A stretch of DNA of 64,000 nt from Octopus vulgaris (Eukaryota): positions 30,876,001 to 30,940,000 of the forward strand of contig OX597825.1 of the NCBI GenBank assembly GCA_951406725.2. Reading direction: 5' to 3'. The position numbers and the translations under genes were made by a program. Shown here in pieces: positions 40,629 to 54,010 of the stretch (position 1 is the first letter of the stretch; each line of letters opens with the position of its first letter). The notes beneath the pieces are model-generated. The model was given only the letters and a program-made list of their open reading frames with translations, was not told the origin of the DNA and made no database searches.

Positions 40629-41058
40629 TAGGCATAGGAGTGGCTGTGTGGTAAGTAGCTTGCTTACAAACCACATGATCCTGGGTTCAGTTCGACTGCA
40701 TGGCACCTTGGGCAAGTGTCTTCTACTATAACCTCGGGCTGACCAAAGCCTTGTGAGTGGATTTGGTAGACGGAAACTGAAAGAAGCCAGTCATATATAT
40801 GCATATATATATATATACATACACACATATATATATATATATGTGTGTTGTATATGTTTGTGTGTCTGTGTTTGTGCCCCCAACATTGCGTGACAACCAT
40901 TGCTGGTGTGTTTACGTCCCCGTAACTTAGCAGCTCGTCAAAGAGATTGATAGAATAAGTACAAGGCTTACAAAGAATAAGTCTTGGGGCCCATTTGCTC
41001 GACTAAAGGCGGTGCTCCAGCATGGCCACAGTCAAATGATTGAAACAAGTGAAAGAGT
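40629..41058 (+). mobile_element. SINE-A, full length
   Basis: ggcataggagtggctgtgtggtaagtagcttgc...gggttcagttcga...ccttgggcaagtgtcttctactata...ggcggtgctccagcatggcc...gaaacaagtgaaagag. Confidence 0.92.
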
Positions 41059-41095
41059 AAACCCCTAACATACACAATGTATAAATACATAAATT

Positions 41096-41314
41096 TAAGG
41101 AAGTGCTGAAAATTTCCTGGCTTTAAGGGTATTGTGAAAGGCCTGGTTGGAGGCTCAGCCTTGTGAGTTCTTTAACAGGACTTAGAAAAACTGAAAAACC
41201 ACTGCAAAATGTGTGTGAATCTGAGAGGGGAATATGTTGAATAAAATCATAATTAACTGATGCTCCTGTATTTTTGTTTACCCAAAGCCAGAAACTTTCC
41301 AGTACTCCCTCGTA
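41096..41314 (+). mobile_element. Mariner-derived MITE
   Basis: Ends taaggaagtgctgaaaatttcctggcttt / aaagccagaaactttccagtactccctcgTA; internal EKLKNHCKMCVNLRGEYVE* matches the mariner transposase C-terminus (KCVEL.GDYVE*). Confidence 0.8.
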
Positions 41315-41731
41315 CAGTTTTTCATGCCACAGACACACCTGCTTGTTGTTCTTGCACCTGTCTTTGTCTTTTGTTTTCTGTACATTTGAAGCATATATAC
41401 ATAGACACATACATGAAGTGGGCTTCTTTCAGTTTCTCTCTACCAGTTCCACTCACAAGAATTTTGGTCACCCCAAGATTATAATAGAAGATATTTGCCC
41501 AATGTGTCAGGCAGTGGGACAGAACCCCAAACCATATGGTTGGGAATCAGACTTCAAGACCACATAGCAATGACTGTGGACAAAATCTATTGGCTAAAAA
41601 CTGTGATACAAGGATATCAGTATGAAATCTATTGCACCTGTCAAGGGAGCCAGGAGAAAATACAACACCACTATATCAACACTAACATCACCATCACTAC
41701 CACCATAACCACCACAACCATCATCATCATC

Positions 41732-41762
<31 letters not shown>

Positions 41763-42429
41763 GCATTAATAACTTGAAGAACAACAGCTATTAAAACAAA
41801 TAAAGAGGTGGGGTGGGGGAAAGAACACATGTAATCTCTTCCTCAATCTAAGAGATTTATTTCACCAATGACAACTCCCAGATGGAGAAGAAACAAACAG
41901 ATATCTGAATATCTGAAATTAACTGAAATATAGACATCTTCAATGATATCGGAGTTAATGAGATAGGTTTCTCCGGAGTGGTGGTCGAGTGGTGGTGACA
42001 TTACTAGAGAGGAAAAAAGGAGTAAAGAGCATAAGTACACACACACATATATGTATTTATACATGTGTGTCTGTATATGAATGTATGTATGAAAATGTGT
42101 GTGTGTGTGTGTGTTCTTTTTTTATGTTAAATAACATATATCATTCAAAGAGGTAAAGAGGTATGTGTGTCTATGTACATACATACACACATATATATAT
42201 ATATCTGCGTATATACATATATATGCACATATAAACATACATATATATACACATATAAACATACATATATATATATATATATGGATAAATGTATGTATAT
42301 ACACATGTGTATATATATATGTATGTATGTATATACATACACATATATATAAATGTATGTATGTATGTATGTGTGTATGTATGTGTGTATGTATGTATGT
42401 ATATACACACACACACACACACATATATA

Positions 42430-42840
42430 TTCTTTTATTTGTTTCAGGCATTTGACTGCAGCCATGCTGGAGCACCACCTTTAGTCGAACAAATCGACCC
42501 CAGGACTTATTCTTTGTAAAACTAGGACTTATTCTATCGGTCTCTTTTGCCGAACTGCTAAGTTACAGGGATGTAAACACATCAACATCGGTCGTAAAGA
42601 GATGGAGAGGGACAAACACAGACACACAAACATAAACAAACACACACACATACACACACACACAGTTACATACATATGACAGGCTTCTATCAGTTTCCGT
42701 CAAACAAATCCAGTCACAAGGCTTTGGTTGGCTCCAGGTTATAGTAGAAGACACTTGCCCAAGGTGCCACAAAGTGGGGATGAACCTGGAACCATGTGGT
42801 TGCTAAGCAAGCTACTTACCACACAGCCACTCCTGCACTT
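42430..42840 (-). mobile_element. SINE-A, full length
   Basis: Reverse-orientation copy of 40629-41058. Confidence 0.9.
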
Positions 42841-43079
42841 ATATATATATATATATATATATATATCATCATCATCATCATCGTTTAACGTCCATTTTCC
42901 GCGCTAGCATGGGTTGGACGGTTTGACCGGGGTCTGGGGAGCCAGCGGCTGCTCCAGGCCCCAGTCTGATCTGGTAGTGTTTCTACAGCTGGATGCCCTT
43001 CCTAACGCCAACCACTCCGCGAGTGTAGTGGGTGCTTTTTACGTGCCACCTGCACAGGTGCCAGAGGGGTCTGGCATCG

Positions 43080-43143
<64 letters not shown>

Positions 43144-43216
43144 GATACATACATATATATATTGTTGGTATAGCTGTTTCTGTATATGTGGAATAGTGTT
43201 ATAACACATCTTTTTG

Positions 43217-43256
<40 letters not shown>

Positions 43257-43749
43257 TACAGAAATTAGAGGAAGCAATACCCACATAAGGGATTGTTAAA
43301 AACAATCCTGATGCCAACTGGGTTTAATCAAATATATTGATAGGAAGATCATCAATATATACATGTATATAAAAAGTCTCATGAAATTAAAAAGTCAATA
43401 AAAGAAAATGGAAAATAAAAATAAAAAAAGATGCTTGGTTTGTTTTATTTGTATTACAATTGGAAAAGTAATGCAAATTAAAAGATGAAAAATTATACCT
43501 ATAAGAGTATAAAAGAAACCACCTCAACCAATAAAATAACCCCAAAATATCTCCCCCACCCACCCACCAAAGATATTCTACGTACATATATATATGTTTC
43601 TATATAACAATATTTTAGAATCATCAATAATTATAACTTTAAAAGATGCAATAATCTGTATATTATTGGATCTCTTCAGGAAAAATATGTGTATTTTTGT
43701 CTTGAGTTACAAAATGACTTATTTGAGTACAATATTTAAATATACTCTC

Positions 43750-44160
43750 TCTTTTACTCTTTTACTTGTTTCAGTCCTTTGAGTGCGGCCATGCTGCAGC
43801 ACTGCCTTTAGTCGAGCAAATCGGGACCTATTCTTTGTAAGCCCAGTACTTATTCTATCGTTCTCTTTTACCGAACCGCTAAGTGACGGGGACGTAAACA
43901 CACCAGCATCGGTTATCAAGTAATGCTAGAGGGACAAACACAGACAAACAAACACATACACACACACACACACATATATATATACATATATACGACAGGC
44001 TTCTTTCAGTTTCCGTCTACCAAATCCACTCACAAGGCATTGGTCGGCCCGGGGCTATAGCACAAGACACTTGCCCAAGATGCCACGCAGTGGGACTGAA
44101 CCCGGAACCATGTGGTTGGTTAGCATGCTACTTACCACACAGCCACTCCTGCGCCTATGC
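43750..44160 (-). mobile_element. SINE-A, full length, CpG-rich
   Basis: Head ggcgcaggagtggctgtgtggtaag...ccgggttcagtccca; an extra SINE-A tail follows at ~44180-44235. Confidence 0.92.
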
Positions 44161-44238
44161 TTTTTTTATTTTTTAAATTTTTATTTGTTTTAGTCATTTG
44201 ACTGCGGCCATGCTGGAGCACCGCCTTTAGTCAAACAT

Positions 44239-44350
44239 TAGTTGAGTGCTTGAGTAACATGTTACAGCTTCATCAGAGCCTTAAATGTGAAGTGCACTTC
44301 ATATATGAACCTTCAATGAAGCTATAGGTTGATACACAAATGCTCAACTA
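44239..44350. repeat. Foldback element with central palindrome TGAAGTGCACTTCA; half copy at 45988-46050
   Basis: Arms tagttgag...agcttcat / atgaagct...ctcaacta are symmetric about 44294/44295. Confidence 0.75.
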
Positions 44351-44616
44351 TGAAAGCATTGCATCTTATGGCAGAAACAACAGTAAGCTGATGAAGTTCA
44401 TGACATACTTTCTTATTCCCTTGCCAGTTTAATTTCTTATACACACACACACACACACACACTCACATACATACACACAGTCATATACATATATACACAT
44501 TTGAACCTCAATATCTATATCTCTCTCTTCATTCACTCAACCATCTCATTTATACTCTGATCTCTGTTCCTTGTGAGCATGCCCAGCATTTTGCCACCAT
44601 CTCCATCCTGCAGTCT

Positions 44617-44653
<37 letters not shown>

Positions 44654-46646
44654 GAAATTCCCTCAGAATGGGCAACCATGTATTTTCTTTGTGGTAGCAC
44701 ACCTGTTTCTGTCTTCATCCCTGATCTTTCTCTCTCTGGCCAGGTAACTTTCTACTTCCTCTTCAGCAAGACACCTGTATCTGTCTCACAATAACCTTTT
44801 CATCATCATCTCCTCCAATGCCTCCTCCTCTCTTTTTTGTCTTGCAAGTACTTGGTGACCCTGTCAGTACAGGTGCCACTTAAAAGCACCCAGTCCACAC
44901 TGTGAAGTGGTTGGTGTTCGGAAGAGCATCCAGCTGTGAAAACCTTACCAAAACTGACCTCACCTGTGCTTGTGCCACATAAAAAGCATCAAGTCCACTC
45001 TGCTGAGTGGTTGGTGTTACGAACGGCATCCACCTGTAAAAATCCTGCCAAAGCAGTCACAGGTGTCTAATGCAGGCTTCAGCCTTGGCCAGCTCTTGTG
45101 GTACTGTCTCACCCATGCTAGCATGGAAGGCGGATGTTAAATGATGATGATAATGATGATGATATGTTTACAGTGAGAGAAATAATGGAAGAACAAAGAC
45201 TGCTAAAAGCATAGAAAATAAGGCAGTAGAGTAAATTAAACTTATTCGTTTGATACTGAGAGAAAAGGAAAGAGTTAATTATTCGTTGTGGATATTATCC
45301 TTCTTTTGATAGGATGAAGAGCGGAAAAAGGAGGAAAATGAGGGTAAAATAATGAATAAATAAATAAAAGGAGCAATCAAGGCAAAAATGGCTGTGTGAA
45401 GCTTTCTACATGGTAGCTATTAGCTCATACTCATACACACACATGTACACACACATGTACACATACACACATACATATAAGTCTTTATCATATATATATC
45501 TTTATCTGATCTATTAATCTATCTATTTATCTATCTATCTCTCTCTATATATCATCATCATCTGGTGTCCATGCTGGCATGGGTTGGATGGTTTGACCAG
45601 AGGTGGTAGGCTGAGGGGCTGCACCAGACTCCAGTCTGATTTGGCATGGTTTCTACACCTGGATGCCCTTCCTAACATCAACAACTCCAAGAATGTAATG
45701 GGTGCTTTTACATGGCACTGGCACAGGTGCCAGTTGCACGACACCAATATCTGCCACGACAATGATTTCACTTGGCTTGATGGATCTTTTATTCAAAGCA
45801 CAGCATATTGCCAAAGGTCTTGGTCATTTTTCATATCCTCCTTGAGGCCCAGTGCTTGAAAGGTGCTTTTTATGTGCCACCAGCACAGGTGCTAGTTACA
45901 CAACAACAGCATCAGCCACATTGACTCTGTGAAGCCCAGCGCTTGACAGGTGCTTTTTATATGCCCCTACAAGATGCAGCAGACTCATAGTTGAGTGCTT
46001 CAGTAACATGTTATAGCTTCATCAGAGCCTTAAATGTGAAGTGCACTTCAATGTTTATATTTATATAGCCACAACTATATAAATATAAACATTTGGAGTA
46101 GTCCCTTACTATTTACAAATATATATATATGTATGTATGCATGCATATATATATGTGTGCGAGTGTACATATATATATATATATATTGTGTGTCACTTGT
46201 GTCATTCCCCCATGTGCATTCAACTTGATAGGAGAAGGGCAATAACCAACTGGCCTTCTGTGTCTGTGAAGAAGGACCTGGGACTACATTCTCAGCTACT
46301 ACCTCCAAAACTCTGGGCTAATGACCACAATCTAAAGACAATAGTAGATCATCCTTAGTGGTATTAGTGTTCTTAATTTCTTTAATTAATGCCATTTAAA
46401 ACTTATTCATAGCCCCCACTCCCACTAAAAGCTCCAAGTGCAGACTTTTATGGAAAAAGATGGGAAGGTCAGCACACAATTAATGCAGGCACGACTGTGT
46501 GGTTAAGAAAGTAGCTTTGCACTCACACGGCTTCTGGTTCAATCCCGCTGAATGTCACTTTGGGCAAGTGTTATCTATTTAAGCCCTGAGATGACCAGTG
46601 TTCTGTGAGTAAATTTGGAAGACAGAAACAATGCGGAAGTCTGTCA

Positions 46647-46680
<34 letters not shown>

Positions 46681-47664
46681 CTTTGCATTTATGCTTGTCC
46701 CCTACTATGACTTAACAACTGATGTTGGTTTGTTTACATCCTCGTAACTTAGTGGTTTGGCAGAAAAAGATTTTAAAAAATAAATAAGGACTGGATCTGA
46801 TTTGTTCTGTTAATCTCTTCATGGCAGTAACACAGCATGGCTGCTCTCCAGTGAGTGAAATAAGTAAAGTAAAAGATAAAAGATATTCTTTCAACCAATT
46901 CTACCATCCATTTAAATAAAAGATCTTAAATTCTCTCTAAGTGCTGCCATGAGAATAAGTTCTATTTAATAAATTACAATAGGGAAATCACGGCTGATTT
47001 GACTCACAAGTTGGAAGTTTTATAGCATACTGAATGTTTACAATATATTTTTCTACGATACTGCATTAAATGCTTCGTATCACATATATTTCCTGTTAGC
47101 ACACTACTGTATTTTACTGTGTTTATTCCACTTGTTTTTCACAATAGCAGTGGTCCTTGCTTCTATTGTAAATTATACTATGTAAAATTACCAACTATAT
47201 TCAATACTTTTCCTTCAACAATATATGAAAGAACTAGTGGAGCATAAAATCCCACTGAAAGTTCACCCAGTGTTCCCCTTGTTACTAAACACTTGTGATA
47301 TAACAATGATGTTTTAGATACTTCTTTACTGAGCTCCCATCTGAGGAATGCTTTGTTGGTATGAAATTCAATGTAATGGAATAATAGTCAGTTTTAAATA
47401 TCATATAATAAATACATTTGCTGTACAATATATATCTAGTTCTCTGCTCACAGAACTACTTACAAATATAATGTGTGAGTACACAAACACACACACACAC
47501 TTCGATATACAAACAGGAGCACAAACTACACAATAAAGATAGTAGCTTTTATATAGTTATTCAAAAGTGTGGGAACAGAAAATGCCAAAGAACATTACCA
47601 GATATATATATATATATATACATACACACATACATATATATATATATGCATATATACATACATA

Positions 47665-47750
<86 letters not shown>

Positions 47751-49054
47751 AGTGTGTTGAAACTCACATAGACTAATGAATATGTATGTATGTATCTACA
47801 TTTTTGGTTGCATCTTGGAGCTACAAGGGTTCCATTGTCTCTTTTGTTGCTTAGGTATTTAGTAGCAATTTTCTGTTCTTGGATTGCAAATCCATAGCCT
47901 TCAAAATGTGATGTGATTTAATAGTTATGAGTCCAAGAGAGACTTCACTTCATGTCAATATTACTGTCTTTTTCAATTCTTTGCGAAACGAACCCATGTA
48001 TGGGGTTTTGTTTTGTTTTTTGTTTTTGTTTTTTTTTCTTTTGGTATGCTGAGTATTTAATATCCAGGTCTTATGTGTATATGTATGCATGAAACAGAGG
48101 AAGTCCAAACTGCATGGTTAAAATGTTTGCTTCCCAACATCATGGCTTTGAGTTCAAACCCAGTGCATGGCATCTTGAGCAACAGTCTGCTGCTATAGAT
48201 TCAGGCCAGCCAAGTCTTTGCGAGTGGATTTGGTAGGTGAAAACTGAAAGAAGCCTATTGTGTGTGTGCGTATGTATGTGCATGTATGTTTGTGCCTTCT
48301 TCACTTGACATCACACAATAGTCATAAAAGAGCACCACCACCATAAAAACAGTGTTGGTGGTTTCCAATCTTTCATGACAATGTGTCCAGCCATGTGTAA
48401 ATATTACCTGTAAATATTACCTTAGTCAGAAACATATGAGAAATATGTGTAGGTTGGTAACAGGAGATGCATCCAACCATAAAAATTCTGCATCAATGAA
48501 TTCTGTCTAACCCATGTAGACATGAAGAAGAGAACTTTATATCTGCCAGCGAATGAGGAAATGAAAGAAAACAGCACTCAACCCATTTGTTTAGAGTTAT
48601 GCATCTCTGAATATCTGCCAAGGTGAACATGTCCTACATCCACAAAATGTTAAGTAGCATGGAACTGAGTTAAACTGTTAATACACACAAACAAACAAAC
48701 ATACAAACACACATACATATGTATGTGTGTGTGTATATACAAAGAAAGCTGGGGTCTCGACACCTTTGAGAGAGCACATATTTTGCATAAAGAATTTAAG
48801 CGTGCTGCTTGAAAACACAACGATAGTGTAGTTAATGGGAAAGCTTGGTTTGCAATGTTTGCAGTAGTGTATGCTTGTCAACAGCAGGGCTCATTAGCCA
48901 CCAACGGAGCTGCAAATGCAAAATATAAGTTAGTCTTAGAGCGCACAATGTTCCTAAAGGTCACAATGCTCTTCTTTGGTCACAAGTGGACGGCCATCAT
49001 ATGTGTGTGTGTGTGTATGATATAAATATATGTATATATAAATGTAGAATGTTA

Positions 49055-49619
49055 CACAGACATGACAGAAGTAAATAGACAGCCCATAAAACATCGAGCT
49101 GGTGGAATGTGAGAGCAACATAAACTCAGATAAATATGTGTCCATATTGCAGAAAGGATTCCTTCCAGTCTTCTCCAATGGTGAAATGATTAAAGAAGAC
49201 TATTTATGGAAGACAAGGTTCCTTATCACATGGTTAAAATAACTCAAGATTTGTTAGATGAGAATGGCATTAAAAAGGTTCCATAGCCAAGCTAGTCACC
49301 TGATATGAACCCTACTGAACACCTCTGGGGCATAATGGAAAGGACAGTTCATAAAAAGACCAAGAAAGCATCTTCAAAGCCAGAACTTTTGCGATTACCA
49401 TATGAAACTTGGCAAGAAATTCCACAAGAGAATATTTGTCTTCTGATCAGTAACATGCCTAAAAGGGTCCTTACATTGAAAAATGCAAAGGGCATGCCTA
49501 CTAAATATTAAATACTCACATTATAACAATTGATAAATAATTTGAATGTATAACTTCAGATTTAAATAAATTTTAATTATTATAAGGGTGTCTGTCTATT
49601 TACTTCTGTCATGTCTGTT
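49055..49619 (+). mobile_element. Internally deleted Tc1-like transposon with both TIRs and TA target duplication
   Basis: TA|cacagacatgacagaagtaaatagacag (49055-49082) ... ctgtctatttacttctgtcatgtctgtt|TA (49592-49619); internal INSDKYVSILQKGFLP...FMEDKVPYH...PS*SPDMNPTEHLWG...SNMPKRV...NAKGMPTKY* is the Tc1 DDE C-terminal half. Confidence 0.92.
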
Positions 49620-49647
49620 TATGTGTGTGTGAGTATGCGCGCGCATG

Positions 49648-49682
<35 letters not shown>

Positions 49683-49914
49683 AAATATATATATAAATAC
49701 ATATACGAATATATATGTGTGTAATAAGATGCTTGCTTCCCAACCACATGATTCCGGGTTCAGTTCCACTGAAGGGCAGGTGTCTTCTACTATAGCCTCA
49801 TGTCAACCAAAGCCTGGTGAATGGATTTGGTAGACAGAAACTGAAAGAAGCTCATTGTGTGTATGTGTGTGTGTGTGTGTTGTGTGTGTGTGTTGTGTGT
49901 GTGTTGTGTGTGTG

Positions 49915-49946
<32 letters not shown>

Positions 49947-50442
49947 ATGTGGACATCTTTGATGTGTGTGTGTGTTTGTGAGTGTGTGTGTGTTTGCCAG
50001 TGTGTGTGTGTGCAGATATATATGTATATGTGTGTATGTGTATATATGTATATATGTATTCATGCATATATATATGTCTGGCCCCGTGTCGGTGGCACGT
50101 AAAAGCACCATCCGTTCGTGTCCGTTGCCAGCATCGCCTGGCCCCGTGCAGGTGACACGTAAAAGCACCATCCGTTCGTGGCCGTTCGCCAGCTCTGTCT
50201 GGCACCTGTGCAGGTGGCACGTAAAAAACACCCACTACACTCGCGGAGTGGTTGGCGTTAGGAAGGGCATCCAGCCGTAGAAACACTGCCAGATCTGACT
50301 GGGCCTGACGAAGCCTTCCAGCTTCACAGACCCCAGTTGACCCGTCCAACCCATGCTAACATGGAAAGCAGACGCTAAACGATGATGATGATGATGATAT
50401 ACACACCATATGTGTATGTGTATATATGTGTATATATGTATT

Positions 50443-50495
<53 letters not shown>

Positions 50496-51293
50496 CATAT
50501 GTGTATGTGTATATATGTGTCCATATATGTATAAACCAACTATTAGCTACAAACAACAGTTTACCATTTACATTACAAAACTGACCAGTGCAAGCTTAGA
50601 GGCTGTAATTGACAATTCGTCCAGTCGCGTAAGACAATATCTCAGAATATGAAACAAATGGAGCAAACACAGCAATTGAAAGATGAAGAACACAGTAAAA
50701 ATCTTCAGTGAAACGTTGAGTGATGATAGTTTATTGAAGATACACGACACAGACTAATAAAATTTAGCTCGTCTTTCCATATTATTTGCTGGGGTCCACA
50801 ATAAACTATTACTTTGACATTTCTATATCCTTGTATATGAGGCTTCTTTCTTTCTTGTTTCTAGTCTTTCTCACCTTTCTTCTCTCTCTCTCTCTCTCTC
50901 TCCTTCTTTCACTCTTCCTTTCACTCTCTTTCCCATTAGCTGGTTTCTCTTTCACTTCTTGTCGTTCTTTCTTCTGCATATAACATTACATAGACAGATT
51001 TGTGTGTTTGGTTTGGTGTAGATCTATGTATGAGCTTATAAATGTGTGCGTGGTGTGTGTGTGGATATATGTGTACATACATGACATACATATTTATGTG
51101 TGTATGTATATATATATATATGGACACGTTCAGCACAGTGTTCTACATATGCACATAACCAATGATATATGTATATATATATATATATATATTTATATAT
51201 AATATACATACATCTCTCACACACACACACACACAAACACACATGCACACACATATATATTATATATACACATTTACCTTATAATATACATAT

Positions 51294-51333
<40 letters not shown>

Positions 51334-51376
51334 TTATCTTATATATACATATATACATATATATATAAATATACAT

Positions 51377-51411
<35 letters not shown>

Positions 51412-51899
51412 CACACATACATACATACATATATATGTATGTATATATGTATAACACATTGAGATACTTACATATATAAACTTATGTTTACACAAATTCA
51501 AATACATTCACACACACACACACACACACAATGTTCATACAATATGCATAAATACATTTCCAGATATTTTAGTGTGCAAAATTGTATATGTCTTATGTAC
51601 ACACACACACACACACAAACACACCAACACACCCACCCATATGCACAAATTTTATGTTGACACGCATTCACACATGCCACACAAACATATAAAACATACA
51701 ATTTTACTAGCATACTTATATACACGCAAAGACAAATATCAGCTACGTATACATTCAGATACACATGCACACAAGCATTAGCATTTCAAAGCACACATAC
51801 ATACGCAGTCCACACTGTCGTACATCGTCATTACAAGAAATATTACTGCAGTCAAAGAGACGGCAATATGTATGAATGAGTATAGGTGGGGGAGAGGGT

Positions 51900-51939
51900 A
51901 TCTATCTATCTTTCTATCTATCTATCAATCTATCCATCC

Positions 51940-51970
<31 letters not shown>

Positions 51971-52400
51971 AATCTATCCATCCATCCATCTATCTATTTA
52001 GCTATCTAAATATTTATCTAATTATCTATATATATATATATTATATGTATATATATATATATATATATCTTTCTATCTATCTATCCATCTATCAATCAAC
52101 ATATATATCCATTTACCTATCTATCTATCTATCTATCTATCTGTCTATCTATTTATCTGTCTGTCCATCGGTCTGTCTGTCCATCCGTCCATCCATCCAT
52201 CCATCCATCCATCCATCTATCTATGTATCTATCATCTATGTATGTATGTATGCATGTATGTATCTATCTATCTATCTTTCTATCTCTCTATCTGTTTATT
52301 TATGTATCCAGCTTTCAATCTATCTTTCTAGCTATCTATCCATCTATCTATCTATCTATCCATCTATCTATCTATCTGTCTGTCTATCTATCTATCTCCA
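51900..52400. repeat. (TATC)n/(CATC)n tetranucleotide microsatellite; a second tract at 61135-61315
   Basis: Direct inspection. Confidence 0.95.
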
Positions 52401-52889
52401 TTTGTCTATATATATACACATATACACTCATACACACATGCAAACACACACACATGCACACACATATAGGTCGAGGAGTGTGGCTTACTGTGTTGCACAC
52501 ATGATCGTAGGATTGTGATTTCGATTCCTCGACCGGTCAATGTATTGTGCTCTTGAGCAAGGCACTTCATTTTACATTACATCACTTCACTCCACACATC
52601 TGGGAAAAGTGAGCAACACTGTTATGGACTGGCATCCCATCCAGTGAGTAATACTATTATGGACTGGCATACCACAGAATTCAGGACACCAGCCTTATGA
52701 GCCTATGACTCAGGAAGTACTTTTGATTCTTTTCTGATATGTATATAGGCACACATGTATATATACATGTGTGCGTGTGTGTGTGTGTGTGTGCATATTC
52801 CCAGTATGGCCAGAACCATATGGATAAAACTGGTAAAAGAGTAAAAGATTATACATCTTGCTCTCAGTTTCTTTCTCTCTTGATATATG

Positions 52890-53475
52890 TAGTTATAACT
52901 AAATTCGACGACTGGCACCCATGCCAACCTTCCTTCATTGAACACTAAACTCTGCTTGCGAAGACCTGTTGGGGCAAGTGAAATCGAAATTGAGCCAATT
53001 TTAATGACTGGCACCCGTGCCAGTGGAGCGCTAACTGCTCCATCCGAGCGGGATCACTGCCAGAGCAGCTATCTGGCTTCCATGCCGGTGGCATGTAAAA
53101 AGCACCATTTGAGAGTGATTGTTACCAGCGTTACCTTACTGGCACTTGTGCCAGAGGCATGTGAACAAAACATTCGATCGAGGTCATTGCCAGTGCTGCT
53201 GGACTGACTCCTGTGCAGGTGGCACATAAAAAACACCATTTGAGCATGGCCGTTGCCAGTACCGCCAGACTGGCCCTCGTGCCGGTGGCACTTAAAAGCA
53301 CCCACTACACTCTCGGAGTGGTTGGCGTTAGGAAGGGCATCCAGCTGTAGAAACTCTGCCAAATCAAGATTGGAGCCTGGTGCAGCCATCTGGTTTGCCA
53401 GTCCTCAGTCAAATCGTCCCACCCATGCTAGCATGGAAAGCGGACACAAAACGATGATGATGATGATGATGATGA
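52890..53475 (+). mobile_element. RTE LINE 3' UTR fragment with tandem hairpin units
   Basis: Homologous to 5960-6378; repeated gtgcc(g/a)gtggca(c/t)...aaaagcacc units; (GAT)n tail. Confidence 0.85.
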
Positions 53476-53559
53476 TCTCTATGTATGTACACATGATCAT
53501 GTGTGTACTAACACACACACAAACACACACTCACACGCAAACATGTATATAAAGAATAG

Positions 53560-53715
53560 TGGCTGTGTGGTAAGAAGTTTGCTTTTCAATCATATGATTC
53601 CAAGTTCAATCACATTATGTGGTAACTTGAGCAAGTGTCTTCTACTATAGCCTCGGACCTACCAAAGTGTTGTATGTGGATTTAATAAACCAAAACTGAA
53701 AGAAGTCTGTCGGAT

Positions 53716-53751
<36 letters not shown>

Positions 53752-54010
53752 GAGAGAAAGAGAGACAGGGAGTATGTGTATGTGTTTTTACATCTGTGTT
53801 GGTCCCCCATCACAGTTTCACAACTGGTGTTGATGTATTTATGTCCCGGTAACTTAGCATTTCGAGGGAAAGTGACTGGCAGAATAAGTACCAGGCTTGA
53901 AAAGAGAAAAAAAATACCAAGATTGATTCTTTTGACTAAAATTCCTTAAGGTGGTGCCCCAGCAAGGCCACAGTCTAATGACTGAAACAAGTGAACAGTA
54001 AACAATAAAA
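53560..54010 (+). mobile_element. SINE-A (diverged)
   Basis: Same head, core and tail blocks. Further copies at 36210-36620(+), 46485-46885(+), 55515-55925(-), 58861-59198(-), 62715-62870(+). Confidence 0.85.

Noticed and set aside
44268-44400. CTGATGA motifs on both strands suggesting hammerheads
   Set aside because: No properly placed GAAA or stem I; explained by the foldback element.
51886-52518. Longest ORF in the track (210 aa, SIYL repeats)
   Set aside because: Entirely a (TATC)n microsatellite.
53010-53305. CRISPR-like repeat/spacer look (palindromic repeat plus spacers)
   Set aside because: Spacers are related to each other, the array is the 3' UTR of an RTE LINE, the context is eukaryotic and there are no cas genes.
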